DNA of 61,428 bases, filler included, from Sphacelaria rigidula (GCA_964200075.2; 10 parts of 10 records of this genome joined end to end with filler, not necessarily neighbours in it); one strand, 5' to 3'; shown: positions 36,021 to 49,124, counted from the whole stretch's first letter. The notes: generated by a model from the sequence alone, not told the origin. Numbers and translations are program-made.

Positions 36021-37309
36021 AAAAAGAAGATCCTTAATTAGTCTTCACTTATATCATCCGGATCGAGTGGGTCCACCGAAAATACCGAAAAACAAGAACC
36101 TGGGGTTGCACTTTCGCAGGACCCCGAAGATCGGTCAAGCCCGTAAGTCACTCAATATTAATCGCCGATATTTTTTCTTTCAACATTTTTCAAGAGGATA
36201 AAAATATCTCCAGATGCCTATTTATTGGCATCCAACAGTCACTGTGATGAGCGGTGGCAAGCGAAACAAATTTGGAAAATCTTAGAGCAACTAAGGAATT
36301 ACGAATTCTGCATACTTCTGACGCTGACTACTGTTAACCCGGGACCTTCTCAAGTAGCATGTTGTAACCTATTTTCATGGTATCGACGATTTGAAAAAGA
36401 TGGAGACCTCGACGGATCTTTGTGGAAGCTTTCCTCGCATTTCCGTTGTGGCTGCTGTTTGTTACGTTTGGGGAGTCGGTGAGGATTACAACGATGCTGC
36501 TTGCTCACTGGTTGTCTCCCCCCCCCCTCCCATTACTGCGTTTCTGCTATCGGTGCTTGATGCTGTGTCGTGGGTTGTGTGTGTGTTTGTTTGTGTTTGC
36601 TAAAACGCGTGCTGTTTTTTCTAAAGAGAGCGGTGTGACGAGTAAGCGTAGCAAAGCGGGTGCGCTTTAAGCGTTTTTTTGCGGGTGCGGTAAAGTCGTT
36701 GAGAAGGCAGTAGAGATACTTTGTACGATAGCCCCCCCCCCCCCCCGAAAAAAAGTTGATGGTTTCGGCATGGAAAAACTACACGTGAAATGAAATGAAC
36801 AAAGACGGGCAAAAAGAANNNNNNNNNNNNNNNNNNNNNNNNNNNNNNNNNNNNNNNNNNNNTTAATTAATTAANNNNNNNNNNNNNNNNNNNNNNNNNN
36901 NNNNNNNNNNNNNNNNNNGGTTACGCGGTGGGGGAGGGCTGACCCAATCCGCGAGAAAAAAATGGAAGGCTCGTACGGGGGGAGAGATGGGTTGATCCCT
37001 TGAGACCACGGACTCATCTGGAGGAAGGGGAGGGGTTCAAAGTGTGGGGGAAAAAAGAAGAAGCAGGATGATAATTTAATTATTTGGGTTGAGGTTAGGG
37101 TTAGATTATTATTTTGGAAAAAGGGAACACAAGGTACTTCCATCTTTCTACCGTATCCGTCGCATATCGCACTACGGATGAACACACTTGGAATTGTCGA
37201 AAAAGAAATGAATAAGAAAAACGCTCGCTGCCGTTTTTTCCCCATGGTTCGATGTACTTACGTAATTGCAGACGATAGGATACGTTATCGTGTTCATTCA
37301 CGTACGCAG

Positions 37310-37666
37310 AGTGTGTTGTGTGTGTTGTTGTCTCCTCTGTTGTGGACGCCGGGCTACATTTTTCGGTATATGTGGGCGCATCAGTGGGAGTCACACAGGA
37401 AGGTCAACACAGCAGCTTTTCCTTTTTATTCATTTTTAGTACCACACCTTCCTTCTGCGGTGCTTGCCTTTCCTTTTTATCGCGAGAGGGGTTCAGCAGT
37501 CCCTTTCCCTCGTCGAGCGTTAAGTCGAACTTTGTCTACCCACGACATAGTTGCGCTCCACTGTTGGGCATGGTGATAAGAAATCGCATATCTCTCCGAT
37601 AATTGAACCCACGACCCAACTGTCAGAAGGTTTCGAGGTCACCAACTGAGCCACCGGGGCGACCGG
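37310..37666 (-). mobile_element. tRNA-derived SINE with (CA)n-like tail
   Basis: Head CCGGTCGCCCCGGTGGCTCAGTTGG...GTGGGTTCAAT. Same family as 34940-35331. Fragment at 55377-55450. Confidence 0.85.
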
Positions 37667-37777
37667 TGCAGTAGTTTTATATTTTCTCATTATTTATTTC
37701 ATTTTTACATTTTGTTTGTTTGTTTGTTTGTTTTCTTCATTTTTCATTTTTCCGTGACTTTTTTTTTGGTGATGCAG

Positions 37778-37918
37778 GGCTATTGCTCCCGCTGTAAGGA
37801 GTTCCGAAACGCGTCGAAGAAGATGGACATCTGGCGCCTGCCGCCTATCCTGGCGATACATCTTAAGCGCTTCCAGTACACGCAGTACAGCAGACGAAAG
37901 CTTAGGAATCTTGTCCAC
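37778..37918 (+). CDS. Ubiquitin-specific protease (peptidase C19), internal exon
   Basis: CAG|GGC...CAC|GTGAG, 141 nt. [31 protein letters not shown] is the CxxC plus LPxxLxIHLKRF USP box. Confidence 0.93.
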
Positions 37919-38676
37919 GTGAGTCTCCGCTGATTGTTGTTGGCGTGTGATGTGCGAGCTGGTTGCGCTCGTGTTTCTTTTCTCTTGTATAACTTTGACG
38001 TCCACGCTTTGGCCCCCCACCTCAAACGTTGTAGCGCTCAGTGTTTTCTGTTCCGAGGACTCATCCGGACAGTCCCGCGGACATTTGGCGTATGACAGTT
38101 ATACGCGTAAATGGGCCGTATATGGCCCTTGGACGATAAATCAGATAGAGATACAACTTTTTGTTTTTGGAGTGTAGCAAGTGTTGCCGTCAACGTCCAT
38201 GGCTGAGCACGAAGGTTGGAGTTTTTGTGCGTCGTCTGTCTGCTGCGAAGACTCTGAGAGCGGCGCACCCGTAGGCTAATGCTGGTGATACCTCTGTACA
38301 TGCTATACCACATGCGGCGGTGTCACTGTCACCGCTCATCATGGCCTCCACCCACTCAATTTAGATACATAATAGTGTACTGTTTCCTGTACTGTAGTCA
38401 CGACGACACAGATATTTACCTAAGTGACCACAGGTCGTTGGGCCCAAATCCATCTGTTTCTAATCGAGCGCTGTGGCGTTCATCAGAACCACTGTTCCGA
38501 AGCCTCCCGAAATAGCCAGGTCAACCTTCCGCCCTCATCCACTGCGGTTGCGCCAATGACATGACGGGGACGCGGCGGCAACATAATCTTTACCAACAAA
38601 CGAGCAAGGACTCATGCATTCACCCGCCGATGGCCTGTGCCCCCCTCCCCCTCCCCACACACACACATGTTCACAG

Positions 38677-39285
38677 TTTCCGGTCAACGGATTGGATCTG
38701 AGCCCGTATGTGGTGAAAGACGAAGCTAGCACAGGCAGCGCCGCCGGGGGGAACGGTGGCCGCAAGGAGACCGATGACCGAACACACCCCAACACACCCT
38801 ACCACTCAGCCGAAACAGCAACAGCAGAAGCAGCAGCCGCCGCATCCGCCGCCGCCGCCGCTGCTGTTGCCGACGGATACGGCAGCAGTGCCGGTGAACA
38901 AGTTCCCGACGCGTTGTCGGCTCCGGAGGTAGCCAGCAGTAGTTTAACAGGAGCAGCGGGTGCGGGGGCTGGGGGTGACGATGGGGCCGGCAGCCGCGGT
39001 AGAGTTGACGGTGGTGGGCGAGCAGAGGACAGACGAAATTGGAGTAGTAGCGACAACGGTGGAGGTGATGATCCGGGCATTGGCGGGAGCCTTCGAGGCG
39101 GGGGTAGTGACGTGGTCGAGCAAAAACCAGATTCTGTGGGGTGTGGTGCGGGTACTGCTGTGGTTGTGCCGCCATCCGCGGAGGAGCTGGGGGACGGGGT
39201 CAAGGTGGAGGAGTTGAAGGCGAGCACCGAGGAAGAGGTCACGGTGGAAGCGGGATTGGCAAGCCCTGGGGTCATGGGCGCGAAT
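38677..39285 (+). CDS. Ubiquitin-specific protease, internal exon with long low-complexity insertion
   Basis: CAG|TTT...AAT|GTGAGT, 609 nt. Begins FPVNGLDLSPYV, then an A/G/S-rich insert. Confidence 0.88.
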
Positions 39286-39815
39286 GTGAGTTGGGAATCT
39301 TGTTGCTCTGGGGAAGGTTTGCATCGTACTTTTTCGGCGTAGAGGTGGAGGCGGAGGTCTGTTGGAAATGGATCGAGAGGGGCGAAGATGCTTGTAGGTG
39401 CCGCCAATTTGCCTGTGGACCGGGTCATTTGTGTTCCCTTCTACATTTTCGGACTTTTACATTGCATCGATTTATCTTTGTTTTCTCTGTGCGTAGGTAT
39501 TACTGTCATTTTTGTTCGAATTATTTTCAACACACCCGTGTACTTGCTATTTTCCCGTTAAATTCACGGGCGGTGACGGAAGCCACGCTCTATTTTCCTC
39601 AACCCTCCTCGCGTCCAGTCCTACAACATATTTTTGTTCACATGTACTGAAAAGGAATATACACAAATATATGTATGTAGATATGTTGCAAACCTACTCA
39701 AAGCCACACATATCACGTACAATCTCTTCATGTATCTACATAGCCCATGAATTGTACTTCAAGACGGACCAACCATCGCAAGTCTCATTTTGGTGAATAT
39801 GTTGTTGCGCCACAG

Positions 39816-39947
39816 GGAGGCCGAGAAGAGTCATTGTACGACCTGTACGCGGTCGTTCACCATTTAGGGGCGCTGAGTTCGGGACACTACGTGGCGTCGG
39901 TGAAGAGTCAAACGACGCGAAAGTGGCATTACTTCAATGACAATCAG
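39816..39947 (+). CDS. Ubiquitin-specific protease, His-box exon
   Basis: CAG|GGA...CAG|GTGAG, 132 nt. YDLYAVVHHLGALSSGHYVASVK...WHYFND contains the catalytic His and Asn/Asp. Confidence 0.95.
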
Positions 39948-40136
39948 GTGAGAGCAATACTATCACCACCGACTATCAAGAAAAGAAGAAGAAACAGTGG
40001 ACGCACAAACAAACGAACGAATGGTTGGACCGACGGACGGCGAACGGAGTACTCCCGGAAAAAAACGTGTGTCGTGTATTCTTCTAAGGTCTTGTGTTTA
40101 ATCACACGATCGCCCTCCCCCCCCCCCCACCCCCAG

Positions 40137-40535
40137 TGGTCGAGCTAGATCATAGTGTGCGGAGTGGGAGAACTTGAATTCTTCGCAAAGGGGATGCGAT
40201 CATACCACGTAGTGTTTAGATAGTGAGACACCCATGAGGCAGTGTGTAAGCCGTGGATGTCTCTGGAAGTGGCAATGCCAGAAAATGAAGCAGCTCATTT
40301 GAGGTTGTCATCCAAATGCAAGATAATCGGTGCGCTTCGGGCCGAACAATCTAAGCAGGATGCAGCTCACACTTGATGCGACTCGCTGAACACATGACGG
40401 TGCTTGGCGCTTGGCGATTGATTGCGAGCCTGGTCCGGTGAAAGCCCGGCATGCTCCGTCCCGGCTTCGTAGGGATGCAAAATCAAAGGTCATATGACTC
40501 CGGCATCGCGATCATTAGTACCCCCTTCCCTTCCC
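40137..40535 (+). mobile_element. Full-length poly(C)-family SINE flanked by C-runs
   Basis: Preceded by CCCTCCCCCCCCCCCCACCCCCA. Starts GTGGTCGAGCTAGAT and ends TAGTACCCCCTTCCTTCCC. Confidence 0.85.
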
Positions 40536-40615
40536 TCACTTATCCGGTATTGAATATTACTGACAGTGTTCAATATATAATAGCCGTGATATTCTTGACA
40601 GTCTTTTTTTTTCGA

Positions 40616-42030
40616 GGGGGGGGCGGGATACGTATTTGTTGCTTGCCTTAGTCATCTGACCATTGACCATGCATCACTTTCGAGACGAAGCACCGTTCCT
40701 ATTTCAAGTAGAGACGTCGAACATTTGGGCTCCCGTTACGTTTCTTCCATACATTGAACAAAAACCTTTTACATATCTGATCACCGCCCTGTTTCGCCGT
40801 CTGTGGCCACCATCTACCTCCGAGTATAGTCATCGTTTTCTCCATACTCTCTAATGCATCAAACTATTTTGTCGCCAGCTGCGTTTAATTCCCACATCTC
40901 CCCCTCTAGCACGTCCCGTTCCTCCTTGTATAGTTCGCATTTTGCACCTATATGAGTTCTACTCTCTATTGCCGTGCCACAGGGCAGTTCTGTGTACCTA
41001 CTTCCTCCTCCACTCGACTACCGGTATATCTTCATTCTGGCAGGTCCAGGTCCCCCACCCGAAATCGCCCTCTCAATTTTTTCGCCGCGTCCATTAGGCC
41101 ATGCAGATACTGTTTCATTCCTACCCCCTCTCTCAACCCCCCGTATATCTTCAAGTTTTCTTCCTCGTCTACTTTGCGTCTGAGCGCTCATTTCCCCCTT
41201 ATTTTTATCATGTCTCTTACTTCTGTCTTGTACCCCGCGCCTTCACCTATGGACAGTATTTCGTCTTGGTTTTTTTTCATCTCCTTCAACACTTCCTCAA
41301 CTACGCTATTCCACCTTATCCCAACCCGTCCGTTCGTCATTTTCATCCGTACAGTCCCATCAACTATGGCTGGCAATCTCTTTCTCTGCATGTTCTTTAC
41401 GCTATATTGCCATTTCAATTCCCTCATGTCTGTGTTTTAAGTGGGCACATCCCCAATTCTGCTCTCAAAACTGTATCACTCGTTGTTTTCGAGAATCCAA
41501 GCATTTTCTTAGCTGCGGCCATTTGTACTGTTTCGAGCTGCTGCACCAAGTTCGCATTCCGCTCCCATACTTGTACATATTCCAGCTTTGGTATGATCAC
41601 GTTCATCAAAATACATCTCTTGATCACGTCCAACTTGCCTATCTGTGCCTTACCCTTTTCTATTACTTTGTTTATGTGTGCATCCCAACAACAGTCTGGG
41701 ATATCTCTACGGCAAGGTGTGTATACTGATTCACGATTGGCGATTCCGCTTCTCCCCACTTCCATTCGAATTCTACCGGGTTCATTCGTATCTTTGTTAC
41801 ATATAAGTACCGGGCATTTGTTATCGTTCGCCGCCACTCTCCATTTTCTAGTGTTTTCTAGCGCCTTCTCTATTTGCTTCTGCAATTCTTCTGGTGCTTC
41901 TGATATCCCCACGGAGTAATCCGCGAACATCAATCCCGACACCGTATCTTCCCCCACCTTGACTCCTTGCTTAGCGTCTTTTATTGCTATTATCCGGTCA
42001 TTAATAAATACCTTGAATAAAGTGGGTAAT
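40616..42030 (-). mobile_element. 5'-truncated poly(C)-family LINE, second long copy
   Basis: PTLFKVFIND...GLMFADYSVG (RT catalytic region), WDAHINKV, PKLEY, LRAELG and the Cys knuckle. 3' end identical in structure to 17011-17100, with G8 at 40616-40623. Confidence 0.9.
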
Positions 42031-43071
42031 ACAAACGTAACTAATTAATTAATTATAAAAGATGAACGATAATGAATAAATAAATAAATAATTTAATTCA
42101 AACAAATTATATAAATAAATTGATTAATTAAAGATTGTTTGAGGATGGATGGTTGAATGGTTGAGGATGGATGGTTTTATTTTTTGAACAAGGGGAAGAC
42201 AATATATCGCATATCCTTGTTCGATCCCTCGTAAGATATCAAACTATTTCGGCATATCCCCGTCTAGCATCAGAGCACTTACGGCACATTCTTTCATCTT
42301 TTTCATCATTCCCCACATTTTGCCTGTAGTGCCAGTTTCCCACATTTTTTTCCACCACCCATTTCTCCATACTGTGTCATAGGCCTCCTGTACGTCTAGA
42401 AAAAAACACTACGTTGTTATACTAGTCAGCATCAGAATTTTTCAGAATTCGTAGTTGTAGTTTTTGAGTTTTTCTCGAGTACTATTCTTCACTACCAGTT
42501 GAAAGTGCTAGCGCCGGTAGATTTTTTCAGGGGGAAATTGTTGGCCGCACTTAAACTGCAGTGCCGAGGTTGTTTTTTTGGGGGCGATAAGCACTATATA
42601 CCCCGTTTGTCAGGAGGGTGTTATTGACCGTTTTTGGTCTAACAAAAGGAGTTTTCCGGCTCTTCCACAACGAAACGGTAAATATTCAGATAAATGAACA
42701 CGTAAAAAAATATTCACAAAAACGATCGAGATCGTGTTTCCCTCCTATAGTGCACAGACCTCAGTCTAGCATTTTCTGCGGATGACCTCTCTTCGTTTTT
42801 TTTTTGCCCAACATTTTCCATGAGCATTTGTTACGACTTAGTCTGCTTTGTCGTTCTATTCGACTTTTTTGTTTTGTTCTGTTCCTTTTTCATTCGGGGC
42901 GTGTTTTGTTGTTGTCTTCACATTAAAAAACCGTTCCGATATCTGCGCGGTACATTCGTACTGGGCATCTGNNNNNNNNNNNNNNNNNNNNNNNNNNNNN
43001 NNNNNNNNNNNNNNNTTAATTAATTAANNNNNNNNNNNNNNNNNNNNNNNNNNNNNNNNNNNNNNNNNNNN

Positions 43072-43285
43072 TGTCTTTTTTTTTCTTTTTTTGTTTCTAC
43101 TTAGTCTGCTTTGTCGTTCTGTTCGTCCCCTCTTTCTTTTCCTTTTTTTCTCTTCCTTTTTTTTTTTTTGTATTTTATCCTTAGAGCGTGTTTCAGTTTC
43201 GTTTTTCTTGGGTACGTCTATCATGAGACCGCGGCTGGACCCCTGGGGGGTCAGCTAAAGTGCGACAATCAATTAATCAATCAAC
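43072..43285 (+). mobile_element. Retroposon 3' end with (CAAT)n tail
   Basis: T-rich 3' UTR, then GGGTACGTCTATCATGAGACCGCGGCTGGACCCC...GACAATCAATTAATCAATCAA. A related inverted copy lies at ~18534-18640. Confidence 0.6.
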
Positions 43286-46200
43286 CAGTTGCGAGATTGC
43301 AATGTAGTCAAAATTGCAAATATTCTCTTTTGAGTGAGCGCCCGAAAGGTTGTTACGACCACCCACCCACCCACCCACCCACGCTCTTCCTTCCGTGCAT
43401 GTGCCAGTTCCACAGTATCAATGGGGGGGGACTGGTGCTGCATATTAGCAGCGAACTCACATCTTGACTAAACATATTCTCACGCACGACCGCGGAATGT
43501 TTTTTACACGCACCCTGCCATGAATGTGCATATCCAGTGCTGGTGCGGTAACGACGACAACTTCACTCGCCACGGTGTATCCGAGGGCTGCACAATGACA
43601 TGTGGTGGAGCCGTGGGACACTGGTGCGGAGGCCGCTTCGCCATGAATGTGTACATGTCGGAATGAGGAAGATCGCACGCGTACGAGAGCTAGCGGAAGC
43701 GGCATGGTAGGCACGCACACATCTCTTTTCGATATAGACGGATGCTGTGTCGCCCGCCTCGTGATCCGACCTGTTCTCAGCTGGAGAGTGTATTTCAAGA
43801 TTGACCCACTCCGGATAAGTGTGTACCCTACTGTATAGAGAATGCGTTTCTTCGTTAATGTTGGAACGATTACGGACTCTCCGATCGGTTCACCTCGTGC
43901 TCGATGTTCGAGACTGCTCGAGTGCTGTGAGTGTTGGCCCGATTGATCTACGAGTTCGAGCTAGCGTGTTTTCACAAGATTGATCCCAGAAAACTTGAAC
44001 TAGTCCAACGGGGTTCAAGACCAAATGCGAGCAAAGCACTGTCGCGCGAGAAGCAGGGCATCGCCACGAGTACATAATATGTATATATATATTATATACA
44101 TACGTATGTATGCCACGGAAGCGCATGGGTCTACATCGGAAGCAAGTGGCACAGTGAAGTGAAATCCGAAAAGCTACGCTCCGTTGGGGATAGGTCGCAA
44201 GTAAGAAGGCTTTGGAGCGAAACCTTGAATGTTGAGCGCGTTGCTGCTCGTTGGTATGTGCTAAGGACGAGGGATTGCCACTCCTTTTGCATTGTAGAGA
44301 AGGGGGAACAACCGGCGAATCAATACCCAAGGTTATTTTCCCCCAAGCCGGCGCCGGCAGTACATGCTTGGATTGCTATTTTTGTTTGCGCGCGGGGGGG
44401 TTGTGTCACTTCCAAACCCATTTTCCGCCTCGGGACGGGTCCGTGGTCTCAAGGGAGCAACCCATCTTCCCCCATACGCACGCCTTACATCTTGGTATCG
44501 TTGGTTGGACTACAGTAGCACTCCCGCACTGCATCGACTGCTGTCGAACGACCTCAGCCGAAAATACTTTTCTTGCTACTCGCGTTCTCAAGTTTTCAAC
44601 GACGGAGATGATAAGCTTTTGAAACAAAGGCAAACTAGATACAACTGGCGCAAATCGAAAGTGCGTTTTCTGCTACCTCATGGTGCTACTTGTAATATTA
44701 GACCACCGGGGTGCTGTGGGATAGACTCTTACGTTGTCAGGGGGCAAGCTCGTTAGTTCGAGAACTAGGTGGAGGAAAAGAGGGTTTCAGCGAAATTCAA
44801 TGAGAAGGAGATGGAAATTTCAAGAGCGCGTCCATGCTTGCAACAACGGTTGGAGTCGTAGTGGTTGAAGTAGAGAAGGAGGTTGAGAATAGAAAAGGTG
44901 GAAGAAGATTGGAGATCCATGATGGCCTTCGACCACCGTGAGGTATCCATCTCATGTTTACCGCACAGAATCCATGTCGTAGCCATCCTTGATGTTGTGT
45001 TCGATTACGCATCATAGCCACAGCTCCACTCCTCGGGGTTCTACGGTAGATCTGTCGTGAGCACTTGCGGTAGTGAGCCTACCGCCCCATTTTTCGGGTT
45101 GTCATAGATTTGTGCGTCATACTCTCAGGGCCTCCGTGTCTTCTCCCGACATGAGTTTGACTAGAGTCCATGTTGCATGCGACAGTGCTTGTAGTCCTGC
45201 TTTGTTTGGCGCTTCGCTTCAGCATTAGATCAGCTATGAATGCATGGTTTGACGCGTAGGAGACAACGCGCAGACGAGCCCACGCGGCTGATGGTGTGTG
45301 TACATGTATGTATTGGCGTTCCGAGCCAGCATGGTATTTACTTTGATTTCGTTGTAAGCATTGCAGTCGCGTGCGCGTCGGGTTGGCATGCGATTGGCTT
45401 GTGCACCTGGTTGCTGGTGGTTGTCTTCTGAATGAACAGCGATGCTCGGCTTGCCGTTTTGCCTTTACTTGCACGAATATCTGGATTTACGTCATGAATT
45501 CGACCAAGTATTGAAACAAACTTCTCGAGGGTTCTACGACGCCTTGTGTCGGGTAAGGGGCAGCGGCAAAATAGGAGATGGCGATATCCCATTTCATCCA
45601 CGAGACTGCGGTATCGAGCATGCTGAACCAAGAGCGAATGAGACGTGTTCTTATTCAATCAAGATATTTTAATTTGGTGAGAAACCTTGGAACAGAAGCT
45701 GAAAACGACGGGTTAACGTGTCGATATAAATTTGCGTCCGTGACACGCTTCTGTTTGCGAGTGGCCTCCCTCGCAAACACAGTAGCCGCCCTCGTGTGCG
45801 CTGTCGAATTCTGAGTTTTTCCGTTCCTGTATTAGCCCAGGTTGTGCTCGAACGCCTGCGACTGGGACAAGTTGTCGGTACAGGGCGACTTATTGACGGA
45901 GAGGCCCATCAACGCATCTTCACCATGTCTATACCTGTTAAGCACAGCGTAGGCTTGGGGTTCCGACAGTTGTCAGGGCCACCGTAATAATAAGATGAAG
46001 CGAGAGTTGTTGTCGGGGCAGCTAGTAAAGGTAGAAGGTTTAATGCGTGAGAGGACCGCGTGCTTAGAGGACTGCATCAAAGTTTGAACATACCTATGGT
46101 TGGGGTTAGTGTTGGGGTTAGGGTTAATGTTGGGCTTAGAGTGAGGGGCGTGGTCCCTGGAGGGGCTAGCCCGATTGGGTTCGAAAAGCGTTGATCCTAA

Positions 46201-46438
46201 GATGTTTCGAAGTACGATGCGGTCCCCTTGGCACGCGGTCCTCTCACGCATTACAGAAGGGTTCAGGGCAGGAGTAGGTGGCACCAAACTCACATGCCAG
46301 ATTCTTCCTTCCGAGCGTTTATTTTGACTGACTTCCATGGATTACTTAATGTGTACACGTGTACTTTATTTTCGGCAGAGCTGCCGCCGAAAGGGGTTAA
46401 GCGAACGACCCACGGCTGATAATTCGTATTGGTGATAT

Positions 46439-46789
46439 CACACGCGGCCATTCGGCTACCCCCAAAATTACTCTATTCCGGTCAACTTCTCGAGCCTTCA
46501 GAGGGATTAGACGCCTCCAGAGGGTGCGCGGCCCTCCAGAGGGGTGGGATCAAACGCCTTCAGAGGCTTGTTTTGCCTCTGGAGGACCGCGCATCCCTCC
46601 GGAGCACCACCTTTTATTCACTCTCGAGGGATGCAGGCCTGAGTAGTCACTGGATCATCAGATGCCCTCCAGAGGATTCGTTTATGACCGCTTCTGGGGA
46701 TGAAATACCCTCTAGAGGGTATTTTACCCTCGAGATGATGAAAACCGCGACAGAGGGTTTTCATGGGGGTAGCCGAATGGCCGCGTGTC
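46439..46789. mobile_element. MITE with CACAC termini and AT TSD
   Basis: AT|CACACGCGGCCATTCGGCTACCCCCA ... TGGGGGTAGCCGAATGGCCGCGTGTC|AT. Same family as 2688-3088. Confidence 0.85.
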
Positions 46790-47059
46790 ATGGCCTTGCA
46801 TTATTAGCAAACAACATCCATCTCGGACATTGATAAATTTTGTCGAGGGTTCTACAGCGTGTGCGATCAACACGCCGAGCAGAGGCACTGAGTGTCCGCA
46901 GACAAACCAGTTTGTCCAGTGAGAACTGTTATCAAACATAGAAACACCTGCCTTCATCTTCATCTAGTTCACGCGATACGTAATGGCTCTCGACAGTACA
47001 GGAAGCATCGTTTTTTGTTTTTTTGTTTTTTTGTCTTTGTTCAAACCTAGCCCGCATCC

Positions 47060-48750
47060 TTTCACTCGTTTGTACCGATGGCGAAATATACTGTTTTTTC
47101 GAAGATACCAGAATAGTTAGGACTTTCCGGAATCTGCGTGGAGACTTCTTCGAAAACGACACGAATTGAAAGTTTCTACGAGGCGTTTTTCTTGGAGAAA
47201 TCCGAAACGTTCGGGCTGCGACGCAGCACTTCGGAGAGCTACCCCGTATGTACGCCGTGGCGCTCGCCAACATTTATGACCATAAGGTACCGTTGCAGTC
47301 TCGGACATTCGGAGATCTCCCAAAAAACAGTGTCGATCCATGAGGCCCATTATTGTCGACATATTTTCCCCGGATGTCTCCGAAATTGTGGGGACGGGCA
47401 AAGTACCTGATGATTCCCGGATACTTGCGAGCGCCACGGCGTTTTCACATGGCATCTGTCCGAAGTGCTGCGTTCCAGTCCGACTTTGTCGGACTTCAAC
47501 AAAAAGGCTTTGGAGAACAATCAAGCTACTTTGCTCCCAGAGAAGTCCAAACTCAGAGTCTGAATATGTTGGAAATCTCTGGGATCTCTGAAAAGAATCG
47601 TGTAAATGATAATGGGCGTAATGATGGGCCTTAGATGCAGGCACGCAAAATGCGACATGACAGCACCGTGTTCATAGGTACGGGTCGTTATATGGTAATT
47701 AAGCTGAAATCAGCGATTTTTCGTTTTCAATGATTGTTGAAATGATTGTATCCGAGACCTTTGTATTGTTGGTGGATACGCCTGCGCTTCTCAAGCTCTA
47801 TGTGCCGCGGAGAGGTCAACAAGATTGAAGTGGTTGGGTATTTGTTGTCCAGGCCCGGTCTGCGCTTCATTTGCCTCCACTAGCTTGCTACAGCCCAGGA
47901 CAGTAGCAGCGGATAAGCTAGAGAAAACATATGCAGCCCGCATTGAATATATTTCTACACGCACGAAGTCATGGAGCAAGGTCTTCGAAAGGAGACAGCG
48001 CTCTAGCACACGGGGTCGCACACGCTAGAGAAATACATGTTTACGTTAGCTGTCTGATGTCCCGTGTGCAGAGTGCTGCGGTTGTCTTCGCCATTGTATC
48101 TCACCAACTTCCTGTTGCGGATCATATCTTTACCGCACGATGTGCCGACCCTGACCAGACGGTAATGTAATGCGTGAGCGGACCGCGTGTTTTTGGACTG
48201 CATCGGAGTTCAAGGCACTCCGGGACCGACGTTCTTCAAAACCGCTCGGGTTAGTCCATGCAGGGACCGCACCCGTGACCTTAACACTCTCTCATGCCTC
48301 GTATCCTGAGCCAAGTAGGGTGCGCGAGCAAGCCAAGCGCAAATGCAGACTTTGGCCGCCGGCCGCCGCAACTACATCGTGGGTACGGCGACGAAGCTTA
48401 AAGCGAACGTTGGGTACATCAACCCGAACGCAAAAAGACAAAGTGCCCCACTACACGTCTCCCACAGGTGCCGTGGATTCCTCAAGAACAAAGCCCACTC
48501 CGTAGAGCTAGCCGAAACTGGTCTCTCGATCGTTCGACGCTGAGACTTCGAAGATGCCGTGCCCGTGGTGGGGTGCGCCCCACCACATAATTTTCTCCAC
48601 CCCACCTGATGAAATCAGTTGCCCCGCAGATAATGTCTCCTGCACTAGTCGGGATATCGCTACTTTTGCCTTACTCACATTCCCTCTGAAGTCCGCGTCG
48701 CTTCTTTCAGCCATATCGCTAGTGAACGGCAAATGCAGGATGATAAACCA
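47060..48750 (-). pseudogene. Degenerate protein-coding repeat (possible transposase relic), homologous to 7200-8130
   Basis: Amino-acid-level similarity to 7200-8130 across three blocks. Multiple stops and frameshifts. Confidence 0.55.
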
Positions 48751-49016
48751 CGACTGCAGAACATCATGCTATGATAATAGCGGAGGGGGGTATTTTGGAT
48801 AGCTTTCTTCCAAGAAGTTTATACTTTAACCGTCGTTGGAGGCAGCAACGGTTGTTCGAACGCGCTTGTTCCCGAACAATAAGGCTCATTCACACAGCTT
48901 GATACCGCTTATACTCAAATACAAGCGCACCGCGATTATGTGAGGTTGTTTGACGCACGTATGAGGCCATTTTTTCGTGGGATCGAACCCCCCCCCCCAC
49001 CCACCCACCCCTGATT

Positions 49017-49124
49017 AGACACCCATGAGGTAGTGTAAAAGCCGTGACTGTCTCTGGAAGTGGCGATGCCACAGAATGAAGCAACTCATTGTAGGCTGTC
49101 ATCCAAATGCAAGATAATCTGTAA
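49017..49124 (+). mobile_element. Poly(C)-family SINE, 5'-truncated, cut by contig end
   Basis: AGACACCCATGAGG...CTCTGGAAGTGGCGATGCC...CATCCAAATGCAAGATAATC, immediately preceded by a C-run (48988-49011). Confidence 0.8.

Noticed and set aside
38726..39428. Long antisense and alternative-frame ORFs over the USP exon (likewise 21695-22339 and 15117-15776)
   Set aside because: Shadow ORFs of GC-rich coding or LINE sequence.
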